Positions 62,023 through 64,000 of a stretch of 64,000 bases of DNA are shown here, piece after piece. Source of the stretch: Azolla caroliniana (taxonomy: Eukaryota > Plantae > Polypodiophyta); the NCBI GenBank assembly GCA_043228905.1, contig JBHGNT010000008.1:18476001-18540000 (forward strand). The letters run 5' to 3'. The notes below the pieces were generated by a model, which made no database searches, was not told where the DNA came from, and worked only from the letters and a program-made list of their open reading frames with translations. Numbering within the stretch: position 1 is the first letter of the stretch; each line of letters opens with the position of its first letter. The position numbers and the translations under genes were made by a program.

Positions 62023-63619
62023 GTTACTACCATCCTAGGTGGGGAAGAATCAACAATAAATCCATGCATATTTCGAACAACCACATCCAATAATAAAGAG
62101 AAATTCTCCCTTCGTTTTCATGGAAAATTCCGTCAATTGGGTATCTATTTCAAATTCGTCCTAATATGTATGACCCATGACATAGTAACAAAGCTAAATG
62201 TGTGCTTGTATTATTGTGAGAATAAAGTCCAAATTGGTCTTTAATTTAACATATTTCATTCTAATGGGGAGAGAGCGAGATAGAGATGGGGCAATGAAAC
62301 TATCAAATATGTTTGACTATTGGGAAATACGATATCACAACAAAAAATCCAATTGAAAGAATCAAACTTCATGGAATAATACAGATCATTATGACTAAAT
62401 ATATAAGGCATAAATAAGTCATAACCTTCACAAAACGTCTTTTTTATTTTATTAAAATAAGTCTATAGTTGTGGGCCAAAAGCAAAGTATTTCCTAAAGT
62501 TTCTTGGGTGAAGTTTTTTGAAACATTCTTGAAAAGCAATTGCTCAGCATGCTTTCGAACCTCTATTTAAGTGGAGTTGCTTGATCTCATGTTTTAGCTT
62601 GATGGTGGATGTTTTAGGATGGAGATCTAGTTCGATGTGCCAAATCAATGAGAAGTTGTGATGTGTTTCAAGATATATTTACCAATAACTAAACTAACGG
62701 TGTGGTGGATTCAACATTTTTGTAAGAATGGCAAACTCACTTGCATATGATAGGATTTGTGTTTTCATTTATAATCATATTATTTCATGGATAAAAAAAA
62801 AAACTACAATTGATATCTTAAGTTCATATTGGGACTATGTATGAATGTACATATTCACACACATTCTTATGCATGTGTTAATTATAAAGAATATTTCTAC
62901 TAAAGATGCATAAACTGGTCTAGTTAAATAATAGTTAAGGAATACAAGCGTAACATCTTGAATGCTTGTATGGTGCTTCCCACACACGATAGCTTCTTGT
63001 GTAATTTCATGTATGAAAACGGATTTGATTAGAAACAAGAAATCTCCCAAACACTTAGTATTGTGTATGTGCAACCATAGTATTGCAAATAACATTGGCA
63101 ACTTGCTAACATGCTTGTATGGCCCATCTAGTATATTCAATAATTTGTTGTTTCAAACATGAAAAGGAATCTTGGGCGATCAATAAAAAGCCAAATGATG
63201 TGCATATGCTATTCAAGGAATGACTAAACAAATATAACTCCACCCCCCACTCCCCCTCCCACCCCCCAAACAACACATAGACACGAAAAAAAAAAAAACA
63301 AACATTGTGTCAAAAAGCTATTACAAGTGCAACCCATGGCTTTGGCACAAATAGCATACACGTGTGCCTCTTCGCAACCCTCCTCTCTTTCTACGTAGTG
63401 CGAAAGCATTATAAATAATGCTCTCGTTTATTCTAATATGATCAATAATATATACATATAAACTTATGATATTAATGCAAAATAGCAAGGGGGGTTATGT
63501 ATTATATTAACCCATAGCCAACAAGAGATGTGTGCTAGTACTAAAAAAGAAGAAGAAGAAGAGGAAATGCTCGATGGAGAGAGAATGAGAGATGGGGTCA
63601 CATATAGTAGTTTAGTATT

Positions 63620-64000
63620 TAACAATCGGCAATGGTTCGGGAGTGTCAAACTCAAACCATTTAAAAAAATTGAAACTTAAACCGAATCGAAGCGAACCAT
63701 GAAACCGTTTTAAAAATTTGAAACTTAAACTGAATTGAAGCGAACCATGAAACCGTTTAAATCTAACCATTACAAAAAGTTCAAGCTCAAACCAAACAGT
63801 TTTAGAGACTTTGAAACCTTTAAACCATTAAATCGTTAAAACCGCGGTTTTGCGGTTTGGTTTTGGTTTTGTTTTTCAAGTTAGGTCAAAATTCAAAATT
63901 TCACATTTTAATTTTAAAAATTTAAAGTTTTTCAATATTTCAAAATTAAAAATTTTTAAACCGTTTGAACCATGGTTTCAAACCATTTAAATTGAGAACC
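63620..64000. mobile_element. hAT MITE family B running off the window end
   Basis: Left TIR TAACAATCGGCAATGG followed by AACCG-rich sequence similar to 43354-43861. Confidence 0.85.

Overview
Eukaryotic, intron-containing land-plant DNA, probably from a seed-free plant such as a fern (inferred from the TE repertoire and gene types). About 1-39 kb is a nested transposon graveyard: three degenerate L1-type LINEs, several solo LTRs, a complete 6.8-kb non-autonomous LTR element encoding Gag plus two aspartic-protease domains and no RT/RNase H/integrase, a Ty1/copia inserted in a Ty3/gypsy remnant, and hAT MITEs. One small membrane-protein gene candidate lies at 30.1-30.4 kb. About 40-64 kb is gene-bearing: a single-exon glutaredoxin-like/zinc-finger gene, a 7-exon HTH+RRM-like gene, a 4-exon DnaJ-type zinc-finger gene, a non-L1 (RTEX/L2-like) LINE, microsatellites and more hAT MITEs. 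The most unexpected signal is in the first 500 bp and is missed by the ORF track: the 3' end of a spliced, degenerate prokaryotic-type (beta-class N4-cytosine/N6-adenine) DNA methyltransferase, with a GT-AG intron inside the SAM-binding FxGxG motif. All coordinates were read by eye; TE boundaries without a TSD are approximate.
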